A stretch of DNA of 64,000 bases, from positions 1,862,001-1,926,000 of the forward strand of contig JASTWF010000033.1 in NCBI GenBank assembly GCA_030390025.1. Direction: 5' to 3'. Under the pieces are notes generated by a model that was not told the origin of the DNA, did not search any database, and worked only from the letters and a program-made list of their open reading frames with translations. Below are positions 13,868 to 26,772 of this stretch, in pieces; position 1 is the first letter of the stretch; every line of letters starts with the position of its first letter. A program made the translations under genes and the position numbers. Origin of the DNA: Squalus acanthias. Taxonomy: Eukaryota.

Positions 13868-15642
13868 ACCTGATACACTGTGAAACCCCATACACACCTG
13901 GCAGGATCCTGATATACTGTGAAAACCCATACAAACCTGGCAGGATCCTGATACACTGTGAAACCCCATACAAACCTGGCAGGATCCTGATACACTGTGA
14001 AACCACATACACACCTGGCAAGATATGCAACACTGAAACCCCATACACACCTGGAAGGACCTGAAACACTGTGAAACCCCATACACACCTGGCAGTATCC
14101 TGATACACTGTGAAACCCCAAACTCATCTGGCAGGATCCTGATACTCTGTGAAACCCCATACACACCTGGCAGAATCCTGATACACTGTGAAAACCCAAA
14201 CACACCTGGCAGGATCCTGATACACTGTGAAACCCCATACACACCTGAAAGGATCCTGATACACTGTGAAACCCCATACAAACCTGGCAGGATCCTGATA
14301 CACTGTGAAAACCCATTCACACCTGGCAGGATCCTGATGGACTGTGAATCTCCATACATACCTGGCAGGTACCTGATTCACTGTGAAAACTTATACAAAC
14401 CTGGCAGGATCCTGAAACGCTGAAACCCCAAACACACCTGGCAGTATTCTGATACACTGTGAAACCCCATACACACCTGGCAGGATCCAGATACACTGAA
14501 ACCCCATACACACCTGGCAGGATCCTGATAAACTGTGAAAACCCATACAAACCTGGCAGGACCCTGATACACTGTGAAACCCCATACAAACCTGGCAGGA
14601 TTCTGATACACTGTGAAACCCCATACTCACCTGGCAGGATCCTGATACACTGTGAAACCCCATAAACACCTGGCAGGAACCTGATACACTGTGAAACCCC
14701 ATTCACACCTGGCAGGATCCTGATACACTGTGAAACCAAATACACTCCTGGCAGGATCCTGATACACTGTGAAACCCCACACACACCTGGCAGGATCCTG
14801 ATTTACTTTGAAACCCCACACTCACATGGCAGGATCCTGATACACTGTGAAACACCATACACACCTGGCAGGACCTTGTTACAATGTGAAACCCCAAACA
14901 AACCTGGCAGGATCCTGATACACTGTGAAAACCCATACACACCTGACAGGCTCCTGATACACTGTGAAACCCCATACACACCTGGCAGGATCCTGATATA
15001 CTGTGAAACACAATACACACCTGGCAGGATCCTGATACACTGTGAAACCCCATACACACCTGGCAGGATCCTGATACACTTGAAACCAAATACACACCTG
15101 GCAAGATCTGCAACACTGAAACCCCATACACACCTGGAAGGATCCTGATACGCTGTGTAACTCCATACACACCTGGCAGGATCCTGATTCACTTTGAAAC
15201 CCCACACTCACCTGGCAGGATCCTGATACACTGTGAAACACCATACACACCTGGCAGGACCCTGTTACACTGTGAAACCCCGAACACACCTGGCAGTATC
15301 CTGATACACTGTGAAAACCCATACACAACTGGCAGGATCCTGATACACTGTGTAACTCCATACACACCTGGCAGGATCCTGATTCACTTTGAAACCCCAC
15401 ACTCACCTGGCAAGATCTGCAACACTGAAACCCCATACACACCTGGAAGGACCTGAAACACTGTGAAACCCCATACACACCTGGCAGGATCCTGATACAC
15501 TGTGAAACCCCAAACACACCTGGCAGGATCCTGATACACTGTGAAACCCCAAACACACCTGGCAGGATCCTGATACACTGTGAAACCCCATACACACCTG
15601 AAAGGATCCTGATACACTGTGAAACCCCATACACACCTGGCA
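13868..15642 (+). repeat. 39-bp minisatellite, block 3
   Basis: Same unit in tandem. Confidence 0.96.
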
Positions 15643-17426
15643 GGAAGTCGTAATGGGGAACAAGGAAATGGCAGATTAATTCAACCAGTACTTTGGTTCG
15701 GTGTTTACTGTGGAGGACACACACAACCTGCCGGAAATAAAAGGGGTCAGAGGATCTGGTAAGAGGGAGGAGCTGAGGGAAATCCTTATTAGTCGGGAAA
15801 AGGTATTGGGGAAATTGATGGGACTGAAGGCTGAAAAATCCCCGGGGCCTGATGGTCTGCATCCCAGAGTACTTAAGGAGGTGGCCTTGGAAATAGTGGA
15901 TGCATTGACGATCATTTTCCAACATTCCTTAGACTCTGGATCAGTTCCGATGGAGTGGAGGGTGGCCAATGTAACCCCTCTTTTTAAAAAAGGAGCGAGT
16001 GAGAAAGCAGGGAATTATAGACCGGTCAGCCTGACATCGGTCGTGGGTAAAATGATGGAAGCAATTATTAAAGATGTCATAACAGACCATTTGGAAAGTG
16101 GCGACATGATAGGTCCAAGTCAGCATGGATTTGTGAAAGGGAAATCATGCTTGACAAATCTTCTGGAATTTTTTGAGGATGTTTCCAATAGGGTGGACAG
16201 GGGGGAACCAGTAGATGTGGTGTATTTGGACTTTCAGAAGGCCTTCGACAAGGTCCCACACAAGAGATTGGTGAGCAAAGTTAAAGCACATGGGATTGGG
16301 GGTAATGTGTTGACGTGGATTGAGAACTGGTTGGCACACAGGAAACAAAGAGTAGGAGTAAATGGGTACTTTTCAGAATGGCAGGCAGTGACCAGCGGGG
16401 TACCGCAGGGTTCGGTGCTGGGACCCCAGCTGTTTACATTATATATTAATGATTTGGACGAAGGGATTAAATGTAATATCTCCAAATTTGCGGATGACAC
16501 TAAATTGGGAGGCAGTGTGAACAATGAGGAGGATGCTAGGAGGCTACAGAGTGACTTGGACAGGTTGGGTGAATGGGCAAATGTATGGCAGATGAAGTAC
16601 AATGTGGATAAATGTGAGGTTATCCACTTTGGTGGTAAAAATAGAGAGGCGGACTATTACCTGAATGGTGGCAGATTAGGGAAAGGGGACGTGCAACGAG
16701 ACCTGGGCGTCATGGTACATCAGTCACTGAAGGTGGGAATGCAAGTGCAGCAGGCAGTCAAGAAAGCAAACGGAATGATGGCCTTCATAGCAAGGGGATT
16801 TGAGTACAGGAGTAGGGAGGTGATGCTACAGTTGTACAGGGCCTTGGTGAGGCCACACCTGGAGTATTGTGCGCAGTTTTGGTCTCCTAACTTAAGGAAG
16901 GACATTCTTGCTATTGAGGGAGTGCAGCGAAGGTTCACTAGATTGATTCCTGGGATGGCCGGACTGACATATCAAGAAAGATTGGGTCAACTGAACTTGT
17001 ATCCTCTGGAGTTCAGAAGAATGAGGGGGGATCTTATAGAGACATTTAAAATCCTGACTGGTTTAGACAAATTAGATGCAGGCAGAATGTTCCCAATGGT
17101 AGGGAAAACTAGAACCAGGGGTCACAGTCTAAGGATTAAGGGGAAGCCATTTAGGACTGAGCTGAGGAGGAACTTCTTCACCCAGAGAGTGGTGAATCTA
17201 TGGAATTCTCTTCCACAGAAGGTTGTTGAGGCCAGTTCGCTAAATATATTCAAAAGGGAGTTAGATATAACACTCACAACTAAGGGGATCAAGGGGTATG
17301 GCGAGAAAGCAGGAATGGGGTACTGAGGTAGCATGTTCAGCCATGAACGCATTGAATGGCGGTGCAGGCTCGAAGGACCGAATGGTCTACTCCTGTACCT
17401 ATTTTCTATGTTTCTATGTTTCTATG
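15643..17426 (+). mobile_element. CR1 LINE, subfamily B, 5'-truncated copy B1
   Basis: 541-aa open RT plus C-terminal segment (15701-17326); 3' stem-loop and (TTTCTATG)3 tail; inserted at GGCAGG^ATCCTG of a monomer with no clear TSD. Confidence 0.96.
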
Positions 17427-20400
17427 ATCCTGATACACTGTTAAAATCCATACAAACGTGGCAGGATCCTGAAACACTGAAACCCCAAACACAACTGGCA
17501 GGATTCTGATACACTGTGAAACCCCATACACACCTGGCAGGATCCTGATACACTGTGAAACCCCATGCACACCTGGCAGGATCCTGATACACTGTGAAAC
17601 ACAATACACACCTGGCAGGACCCTGATACACTGTGAAACCCCATTCACACCTGGCAGGATCCTGATGGACTGTGAATCTCCATACATACCTGGCAGGTTC
17701 CTGATTCACTGTGTACACTTATACAAACCTGGCAGGATCCTTAAACACTGAAACCCCAAACACACCTGGCAGGATTCCGATACACTGTGAAACCGCATAC
17801 ACACCTGGCAGGATCCTGATACACTGTGAAAACCCATACACACCTGGCAGGATTCTGATACACTGTGAAACCCCATACACACCTGGCAGGATCCTGATAC
17901 ACTGAAACCGCATACACACCTGGCAGGATCCTGATACACTGTGAAAACCCGTACAAACCTGGCAGGACACTGATACACTGTGAAACCCCATACAAACCTG
18001 GCAGGATTCTGATACTCTGTGAAACCCCATACATACCTGGCAGGATCCTGATACACTGTGAAACCCCATACACACCTGGCAGGATCCTGATACACTGTGA
18101 AACCCCATACACACCTGGCAGGATCCTGATACACTGTGAAACCACATACACACCTGGCAGGATCCTGATACACTGTGAAACCCCACACACACCTGGCAGG
18201 ATCCTGATTCACTTTGAAACCCCACACTCACATGGCAGGATCCTGATACACTGTGAAACACCATACACACCTGTCAGGAACCTGTTACACTGTGAAACCC
18301 CAAACACACCTGGCAGGATCCTGATACACTGTGAAACCCCATACACACCTGGCAGGATCCTGATATACTGTGAAACCGCATACACACCTGGCAGGATCCT
18401 GATACACTGTGAAACCAAATACACACCTGGCAAGATCTGCCACACTGAAACCCCATACACACCTGGCAGGATCCTGATACACTGTGAAATCCCAAACAAA
18501 CCTGGCAGGATCCTGATACACTGTGAAAACCCATACAAACCTGGCAGGATCCTGAAACACTGAAACCCCAAACACACCTGGCAGGATTCTGATACACTGT
18601 GAAACCCCACATTCACCTGGCAGGATCCTGATACACTGTGAAAACCCACACACACCTGGCAGGATTCTGATACACTGTGAAACCTCATACACACCTGGCA
18701 GGATCCTGATACACTGTGAAACCCCATACACACCTGGCAGGTTCCTGATTCACTGTGAAACCCCATACACACCTGGCATGATCCTGATACACTGTGAAAC
18801 CCCTTACACACTTGGCACTATCTGATACATTGTGAAACCCCATACACACCAGGCAGGATCCTGATAAACTGTGAAATCCCTTACACACCTGGCAGGATCC
18901 TGACACACTGTTAAACCCCATACACACTTGGCAGGATCCTGATACACTGTGAAATCCCATACACACCTGGCAGGATTCTGATACACTGTGAAACCCCATT
19001 CACACCAGCCAGGATCCTGATGCACTGTGAATCTCCATACACACCTGTCAGGTTCCAGATTCACTGTGAAACCCCATGCACACCTGGCATGATCCTGATA
19101 CACTGTGACACCCCATACACACCTGGCACTAGCCTGATGTACTGTGAAAACCCATACACACCTGGCAGGATCCTGAAACACTGAAACCCCATAAACACCT
19201 GGCATGGTCCTGATACACTGTGACACCCCATACACACCGGGCACTATCCTGATACAATGTGAAACCCCATACACACCTGGCAGGATCCTGATACACTGCG
19301 AAAACCCATACACACCTGGCAGGATTCTGATACACTGTGAAACCCCAGACACAACTGGCAGGATTCTGATACACTGAAACCCCATACACACCTGGCAGGA
19401 TCCTGATACACTGTGAAAACGCTTACAAGCCTGGCAGGATCCTGATACACTGTGAAACCCCATACAAACCTGGCAGAATCCTGATACACTGTGAAACCCC
19501 ATACACACCTGGCAGGATCCTGATACACTGTGAAAACCCATACACACCTGGCAGGTTTCTGATACACTGTGAAACCACATACACACCTGGCAGGATCCTG
19601 ATACACTGAAACCCCATTCACACCTGGCAGGATCCTGATACACTGTGAAAACCCATACAAACCTGGCATGAACCTGATACACTGTGAAACCCCATACACA
19701 CCTAGCACTATCCTGATACCCTGTGAAACCCCATACACACCTGGCAGGATCCTGATACATTGTGAAACACCAAACAGACCTGTCCGTATCCTGATACACT
19801 GCGAAACCCTATACAAACCTGGCAGGATCCTGATACATTGTGAAACTCCATACTCACCTGGCATTATTCTGATATACTGTGAAACCTAATGCACAACTGG
19901 CATTTTCCTGCTACAATTTGAAACCCCATACACACCTGGCAGGATCCTCATACACTTTGAAACCCCATACACACCTGGCAGGATCCTGATACACTGTGAA
20001 ACCCCATACACACCTGGCAGGATCCTGATACACTGTGAAACCACATACACACCTGGCAGGATCCTGATACACTGTGAAACCCCATACACACCTGGCAGGA
20101 TCCTGATAAACTGTGATACCCCATACACCCCTGGTAGGATCCCGATACACTGTGAAACCCCATACACACCTGGCAGGGTCCTGATATACTGTGAAACCCC
20201 ATACACACCTGGCAGGATCCTGATACACTGTAAAACCCCATATACAGCTGGCAGAATCCTGAAACACTTTTAAAACCCATACACACCTGGCAGGATCCTG
20301 ATACACTGTTAAACCTCATACACACCTGGCAGCAACCAGGTACACTGTGAAACCCCATACACACCTGGCAGGTACCTGATACACTGTGAAACCCCATACA

Positions 20401-23253
20401 CACCTGGCTGGATCCTGATACACTGAAAACCCATACACACCTGGAAGGATCCTGAACCACTGTGAAACCTCATACACACCTGGCAGGAACCAGGTACACT
20501 ATGAAACCCAATACAATCCTGGCAGGATCCTGATACACTGTGAAACCCCATACACACCTGGCAGGATCCTGATTCACTGTGAAACCCCATACACAACTGG
20601 CATGATCCTGATAAACTGTGAAACCCCATACACACCAGGCAGGATACTGATACACTGTGAAACCCCATACACACCTGGCAGGATCCTGATACACTGTGAA
20701 ACCCCATACACACCAGGCAGGAACCTGATACACTGTGAAACCCAATACACACCTGGCAGGATCCTGATACACTGTGAAACCCCATACACACCTGGCAGGA
20801 TCCTGATACACTGCGAAAACCCATACACACCTGGCAGGATTCTGATACACTGTGAAACCCCAGACACAACTGGCAGGATTCTGATACACTGAAACCCCAT
20901 ACACACCTGGCAGGATCCTGATACACTGTGAAAACGCTTACAAGCCTGGCAGGATCCTGATACACTGTGAAACCCCATACAAACCTGGCAGAATCCTGAT
21001 ACACTGTGAAACCCCATACACACCTGGCAGGATCCTGATACACTGTGAAAACCCATACACACCTGGCAGGTTTCTGATACACTGTGAAACCACATACACA
21101 CCTGGCAGGATCCTGATACACTGAAACCCCATTCACACCTGGCAGGATCCTGATACACTGTGAAAACCCATACAAACCTGGCATGAACCTGATACACTGT
21201 GAAACCCCATACACACCTAGCACTATCCTGATACCCTGTGAAACCCCATACACACCTGGCAGGATCCTGATACATTGTGAAACACCAAACAGACCTGTCC
21301 GTATCCTGATACACTGCGAAACCCTATACAAACCTGGCAGGATCCTGATACATTGTGAAACTCCATACTCACCTGGCATTATTCTGATATACTGTGAAAC
21401 CTAATGCACAACTGGCATTTTCCTGCTACAATGTGAAACCCCATACACACCTGGCAGTATCCTCATACACTTTGAAACCCCATACACACCTGGCAGGATC
21501 CTGATACACTGTGAAACCCCATACACACCTGGCAGGATCCTGATACACTGTGAAACCACATACACACCTGGCAGGATCCTGATACACTGTGAAACCCCAT
21601 ACACACCTGGCAGGATCCTGATAAACTGTGATACCCCATACACCCCTGGTAGGATCCCGATACACTGTGAAACCCCATACACACCTGGCAGGGTCCTGAT
21701 ATACTGTGAAACCCCATACACACCTGGCAGGATCCTGATACACTGTAAAACCCCATACACAGCTGGCAGAATCCTGAAACACTTTTAAAAACCATACACA
21801 CCTGGCAGGATCCTGATACACTGTTAAACCTCATACACACCTGGCAGCAACCAGGTACACTGTGAAACCCCATACACACCTGGCAGGTACCTGATACACT
21901 GTGAAACCCCATACACACCTGGCTGGATCCTGATACACTGAAAACCCATACACACCTGGCAGGATCCTGAAACACTGTGAAACCTCATACACACCTGGCA
22001 GGAACCAGGTACACTGTGAAACCCCATACAATCCTGGCAGGATCCTGATACACTGTGAAACCCCATACACACCTGGCAGGATCCTGATTCACTGTGAAAC
22101 CCCATACACAACTGGCATGATCCTGATACACTGTGAAACCCCATACACACCAGGCAGGATACTGATACACTGTGAAACCCCATACACACCTGGCAGGATC
22201 CTGATACACTGTGAAACCCCATACACACCAGGCAGGATCCTGATACACTGTGAAACCCAATACACACCTGGCAGGATCCTGATACACTGTGAAACCCCAT
22301 ACACACCTGGCAGGATCCTGATACACTGTGAAACACAATACACACCAGGCAGGATCCTGATACACTGTGAAACCCCATACACACCAGGCAGGTTCCTGAT
22401 TCACTGTGAAAACCCATATACACCAGGCAGGATCCTGATACACTGTGAAACCCCATACACACCTGGCAGGATCCTGATATACTGTGAAACCCCATAAAAA
22501 CCTGGCAGGATCCTGAAACACTGTTAAACCACATACACACCTGGCAGGATCCTGAAACACTGTTATACCCCATACACACCTGGCAGGATCCTGATACACT
22601 GAAAACACATACACACCAGCCAGGATCCTGATACACTGTGAAAACCCATACACACCTGGCAGGATCCTGATACACTGTGAAACCTCATACACACCTGCCA
22701 GGTACCAGATACACTGTGAAAACTCATACACACGTGTCAGGATCCTGATACACTGTGAAACCCCGTGCACACCTGGCTGGATCCTGATACACTGAAAACC
22801 CATACAATCCAGGCAGAATCCTGATATACTGTGAAAACCCATACACGCCTGGCAGGATCCTGATACATTGTGAAACCCCAAACACACCTGGCAGTATCCT
22901 GATACACTGCGAAACCCTATACACACCTGGCAGGATCCTGATACATTGTGAAACTCGATACTCACCTGGCAGGATTCTGATACACCGTGAAAACCAATAC
23001 ACACCTGGCAGGATCCTGTTACACTGTGAAACCCCATACACACCTGGCAGGATCCTGATACACTGTGAAACCGCATACACACCAGGCAGGAACCTGATAC
23101 ACCGAAACTCCACTCACACCTGACAGGACCCTGAAACATTGTGAAACCCCAAACAGACCTGGCATGATCCTGATACACTGCGAATCCCTTTCCACACCTG
23201 GCAGGATCCTGATACATTGTGAAACCTCATACAAACCTGGCAGGATCCTGATA
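17427..23253 (+). repeat. 39-bp minisatellite, block 4, with a ~1515-bp higher-order duplication
   Basis: Rare variant string gcattattctgatatactgtgaaacctaatgcacaactggcattttcctgctac at 19861 and 21376. Confidence 0.96.
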
Positions 23254-23341
23254 TGATGCGGAGATGCCGGTGTTGGACTGGGGTGGACAAAATTGAGAGG
23301 TCGCACAACACCAGGTTATAGTCCAACAGTTTTATTTGAAA

Positions 23342-23379
23342 TCACAAGCTTTCGGAGCTATCGCTCCTTCCTCAGGTGA
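23342..23379 (-). ncRNA. Minimal type I hammerhead ribozyme of the Penelope-like element
   Basis: Minus strand UCAC-CUGAGGA-A-GGAGC-GAUA-GCUCC-GAAA-GCU-U-GUGA: stem I UCAC/GUGA, intact core, 5-bp stem II, palindromic stem III (AGCU). Confidence 0.85.
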
Positions 23380-23713
23380 AGTAAATTGGATACAGAATCG
23401 CCAGAGCATATATAGATGGAAAAAAAAGCATGTGTACTTTACAATTGCAGACCAATAAATTAAATCATCCTGACTATCTGCCGAGGTGTGATAAAGTTAA
23501 TTAAGTCAGCCAGGAAGGTACCACATCAAAAGACATAGCAAGATACAACTGAGACAATGAGGTGAAGTCGCAGGGGTTCTAACGTGACAAAAGCTGCCGT
23601 CTGTATGTAAAACGAAAAGCTTTAAAAAAAAATTTACTTTTTTACTGGGAAAATTTTTACTTTTTTACTGGGAATCACATCTGTGAACAAGCTAACGACG
23701 ACTCGAGTCCGGA

Positions 23714-25594
23714 TCACGTCATGTATCGTGACATAAACCCAAGATCCCGATTGAGACCGTCTTCATGAGTGCGGAACTTGGCTATCAGTTTCTGCTCGAT
23801 GATTTTGCGTTGTCGTGTGTTTCTAAGGTTGCCTTGGAGAACGCTTACCCGCAGATCCGAGGCTGAATGTCCTTGACTGCTGAAGTGTTCCCCGACTGGG
23901 AGGTAACAATCCTGCCTGGCGATTGTTGCGCGGTGCTCGTTCATACGTTGTCTCAGTGTCTGCATGGTCTCGCCGATGTACCATGCCACGGTGCATTCTT
24001 TCCTGCAACGTATGAGGTAGACAACGTTGGCCGAGTCACATGAGTATGTACCATGTATCTGGTGGGTAGTGTCCTCACGTGTGATGGTGGTATCTGTGTT
24101 GATGATCTGGCATGTCTTGCAGAGTTTGCCATGGCAGGGTTGTGTGGTGTCGTGGTCGCTGTTATCCTGAAAGCTGGGTAATTTGCTGCGAACGATGGTA
24201 CTTCTGAGGTTAGGCGGCTGTTTGAAGGCAAGTAGTGGAGGCGTGGGGATGGCCTTAGCGAGGTGTTTGTCGTCATCGATGACATGTTGAAGGCTGCGAA
24301 GAACATGTCGTAGTTTCTCCGCTCCGGGGAAGTACTGGACGACGTAGGGTACCCTGTTGGTTGTGTCCCGTGTTTGCCTTCTGAGGAGGTCTATGCGATT
24401 TTTCGCTGTGGCCCGTCGGAACTGTCGATCGATGAGTCGAGCGTCATATCCCGTTCTTACGAGGGCGTTTTTCAGCGTCCGTAGGTGTCCATCGCGTTCC
24501 TCCTCGTCTGAGCAGATCCTGTGTATTCGCAGGGCTTGTCCATAGGGGATGGCTTCTTTAACATGGTTAGGGTGGAAGCTGGAGAAGTGGAGCATCGTGA
24601 GGTTGTCCGTGGGCTTGCGGTAGAGTGAAGTGCTGAGGTGTCCGTCTTTGATGGAGATTCGTGTGTCCAGGAATGAGACCGATTCTGAGGAGTAGTCCAT
24701 GGTGAGTTTGATGGTGGGATGGAACTTGTTTATGTTATCGTGTAGTCTTTTCAGTGATCCTTCGCCATGGGTCCAAAGGAAGAAAATGTCGTCGATGTAT
24801 CTGGTGTACAGCGTTGGCTGGAGGTCCTGTGCAGCGAAGAAGTCTTGCTCGAACTTGTGCATGAAGATGTTGGCGTATTGGGGTGCGAATTTGGTCCCCA
24901 TGGCTGTTCCGTGTGTTTGGGTAAAAAAATGGTTGTCGAAGGTGAAGACATTGTGGTCAAGGATGAAGCGGATGAGTTGTAGGATGGCGTCTGGAGATTG
25001 GCTGTTGTTGATGTTGAGTACTGAGGCTGTTGCAGCGATGCCGTCATCGTGGGGGATACTGGTGTAGAGTGCCGATACGTCCATCGTGGCAAGGAGTGTT
25101 CCTGGTTCAACTGGTCCGTGGGTGCTGAGTTTCTGTAAGAAGTCTGTAGTGTCGCGACAGAAGCTGGGGGTTCCCTGTACGATGGGTTTCAGAATGCCCT
25201 CGACGTATCCAGAGAGGTTCTCACACAGGGTTCCATTGCCTGATACGATAGGACGTCCGGGTGTGTTGGCTTTGTGTATCTTTGGGAGGCAGTAGAAGTC
25301 TCCCACGCGGGGAGTACGTGGGATGAGAGCGCGTAGGATGTTTTGAAGGTCTGGATCGAAGGTCTTGATCAGTCTATTGAGTTGGCGGGTGTGTTCTTTG
25401 GTCGGATCTGCGGGTAGCTGTCTGTAGTGTTCCTGGTTGTCCAGTTGTCGGTATGCTTCTTTACAATAGTCCGTTCTGTTCTGTATGACGATGGCTCCTC
25501 CTTTGTCCGCTGGTTTGATGACAATGTTGCGGTTGGTCTTGAGAGCGTGGATGGCGTTGCGTTGTGCTCGGGTGACATTCTGGACTGTCTTGAT
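23714..25594 (-). CDS. Penelope-like reverse transcriptase / GIY-YIG endonuclease, 5'-partial, open to the gap
   Basis: Frame of ORF 23714-25306 stays open up to 25594 (IKPADKGG); motifs LPKIHK, GRPIVS, DVSALYTSI, GTAMG, RYIDD, Cys-rich linker CHGKLCKTC, VVYLIRC...YIGET. Confidence 0.92.
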   Translation of the reverse strand: MKTVQNVTRAQRNAIHALKTNRNIVIKPADKGGAIVIQNRTDYCKEAYRQLDNQEHYRQLPADPTKEHTRQLNRLIKTFDPDLQNILRALIPRTPRVGDFYCLPKIHKANTPGRPIVSGNGTLCENLSGYVEGILKPIVQGTPSFCRDTTDFLQKLSTHGPVEPGTLLATMDVSALYTSIPHDDGIAATASVLNINNSQSPDAILQLIRFILDHNVFTFDNHFFTQTHGTAMGTKFAPQYANIFMHKFEQDFFAAQDLQPTLYTRYIDDIFFLWTHGEGSLKRLHDNINKFHPTIKLTMDYSSESVSFLDTRISIKDGHLSTSLYRKPTDNLTMLHFSSFHPNHVKEAIPYGQALRIHRICSDEEERDGHLRTLKNALVRTGYDARLIDRQFRRATAKNRIDLLRRQTRDTTNRVPYVVQYFPGAEKLRHVLRSLQHVIDDDKHLAKAIPTPPLLAFKQPPNLRSTIVRSKLPSFQDNSDHDTTQPCHGKLCKTCQIINTDTTITREDTTHQIHGTYSCDSANVVYLIRCRKECTVAWYIGETMQTLRQRMNEHRATIARQDCYLPVGEHFSSQGHSASDLRVSVLQGNLRNTRQRKIIEQKLIAKFRTHEDGLNRDLGFMSRYMT

Positions 25595-25794
25595 NNNNNN
25601 NNNNNNNNNNNNNNNNNNNNNNNNNNNNNNNNNNNNNNNNNNNNNNNNNNNNNNNNNNNNNNNNNNNNNNNNNNNNNNNNNNNNNNNNNNNNNNNNNNNN
25701 NNNNNNNNNNNNNNNNNNNNNNNNNNNNNNNNNNNNNNNNNNNNNNNNNNNNNNNNNNNNNNNNNNNNNNNNNNNNNNNNNNNNNNNNNNNNNN
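25595..25794. other. Assembly gap (200 N)
   Basis: Run of N of round length. Confidence 1.
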
Positions 25795-25827
25795 ATTTTA
25801 GTAATAAAGTAACATAAGGGTTAAGTC

Positions 25828-26772
25828 ATGACAGGAAGTCTCGGACCCGTTTCATGCTCCTCCTGTGCCATGTGGGAAACCAGGGACACTTCCAGTGTCC
25901 CTGACAACTACGTGTGCGGGAAGTGTGTCCAGCTGCAGCTCCTGACAGCCCGCATGGCGGTGCTGGAGCTGCGGGTGGACTCACTCTGGAGCATGCACGA
26001 TGCCGAGAACTCGGTGAATCGCTCATTTAGTGAGTTGTCCACACCGCAGGTAAAGGCTAGGACAGACAGTGAATGGGTGACCAAGAAGCAGGGCAATATC
26101 AGGAAGGTAGTGCAGGAGTCCCCTGTGGTCATCTCCCTCCAAAACAGGTATGCCGCTTTGGATACTGTTGGGGGAGATGGCCTACCAGGGGAAGGCACTA
26201 GCAGCCAGGTTCATGGCACCATGGCTGGCTCTGCTGCACAGCAGGGCGGGAAAAAGTGTGGTAGGGCTATAGTGATAGGGGACTCAATTGTAAGGGGAAT
26301 AGACAGGAGTTTCTGTGGCCGCAACCGAGATTCCAGGATGGTATGTTGCCTCCCTGGTGCAAGGGTCAAGGATGTCTCGGAGCGGCTGCAGAACATTCTG
26401 AAGAGGGAGGGTGAACAGCCAGCTGTCGTGGTGCATGTAGGTACCAACGATATAGGCAAAAACCGGGAAGAGGTCCTACAAGCAGAATTTAGGGAGCTAG
26501 GAGCTAAATTAAAAAGTAGGACCTCTAAGGTAGTAATCTCTGGATTGCTACCAGGGCCACGTGCTAATCAGAATAGAGAGAACAGGATAGTGAGATTGAA
26601 TACGTGGCTTGAGCAGTGGTGCAGGAGGGAGGGATTCAAATTCCTGAGGCATTGGAACCAGTTCTGGGGGAAGTGGGACCTGTACAAAAGGGACGGTCTG
26701 CACTTGGGCAGGACTGGAACCGATGTCCTCGGGGTAATATTTGCTAAAGCAGTTCGGGAGGATTTAAACTAA
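25828..26772 (+). CDS. CR1 ORF1p: N-terminal Cys zinc-finger/leucine-zipper region plus SGNH/GDSL-type esterase domain
   Basis: CSSCAMW...CGKC; VIGDSIVR, PGA, HVGTND, DGLHL esterase blocks; 314 aa. Confidence 0.92.
   Translation: MTGSLGPVSCSSCAMWETRDTSSVPDNYVCGKCVQLQLLTARMAVLELRVDSLWSMHDAENSVNRSFSELSTPQVKARTDSEWVTKKQGNIRKVVQESPVVISLQNRYAALDTVGGDGLPGEGTSSQVHGTMAGSAAQQGGKKCGRAIVIGDSIVRGIDRSFCGRNRDSRMVCCLPGARVKDVSERLQNILKREGEQPAVVVHVGTNDIGKNREEVLQAEFRELGAKLKSRTSKVVISGLLPGPRANQNRENRIVRLNTWLEQWCRREGFKFLRHWNQFWGKWDLYKRDGLHLGRTGTDVLGVIFAKAVREDLN

Larger units (their letters stand above)
23254..25594 (-). mobile_element. Penelope-like retroelement (Neptune-like), 5' part lost in the gap
   Basis: RT plus GIY-YIG ORF, 3' UTR with hammerhead motif, AATAAA and terminal inverted-repeat structure. 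Confidence 0.93.

Noticed and set aside
13360..14316. Apparent satellite-RT fusion ORF (318 aa), and similar chimeric ORFs at other CR1 junctions
   Set aside because: Chance in-frame join of a stop-free satellite to a 5'-truncated ORF2 that also has a premature stop.
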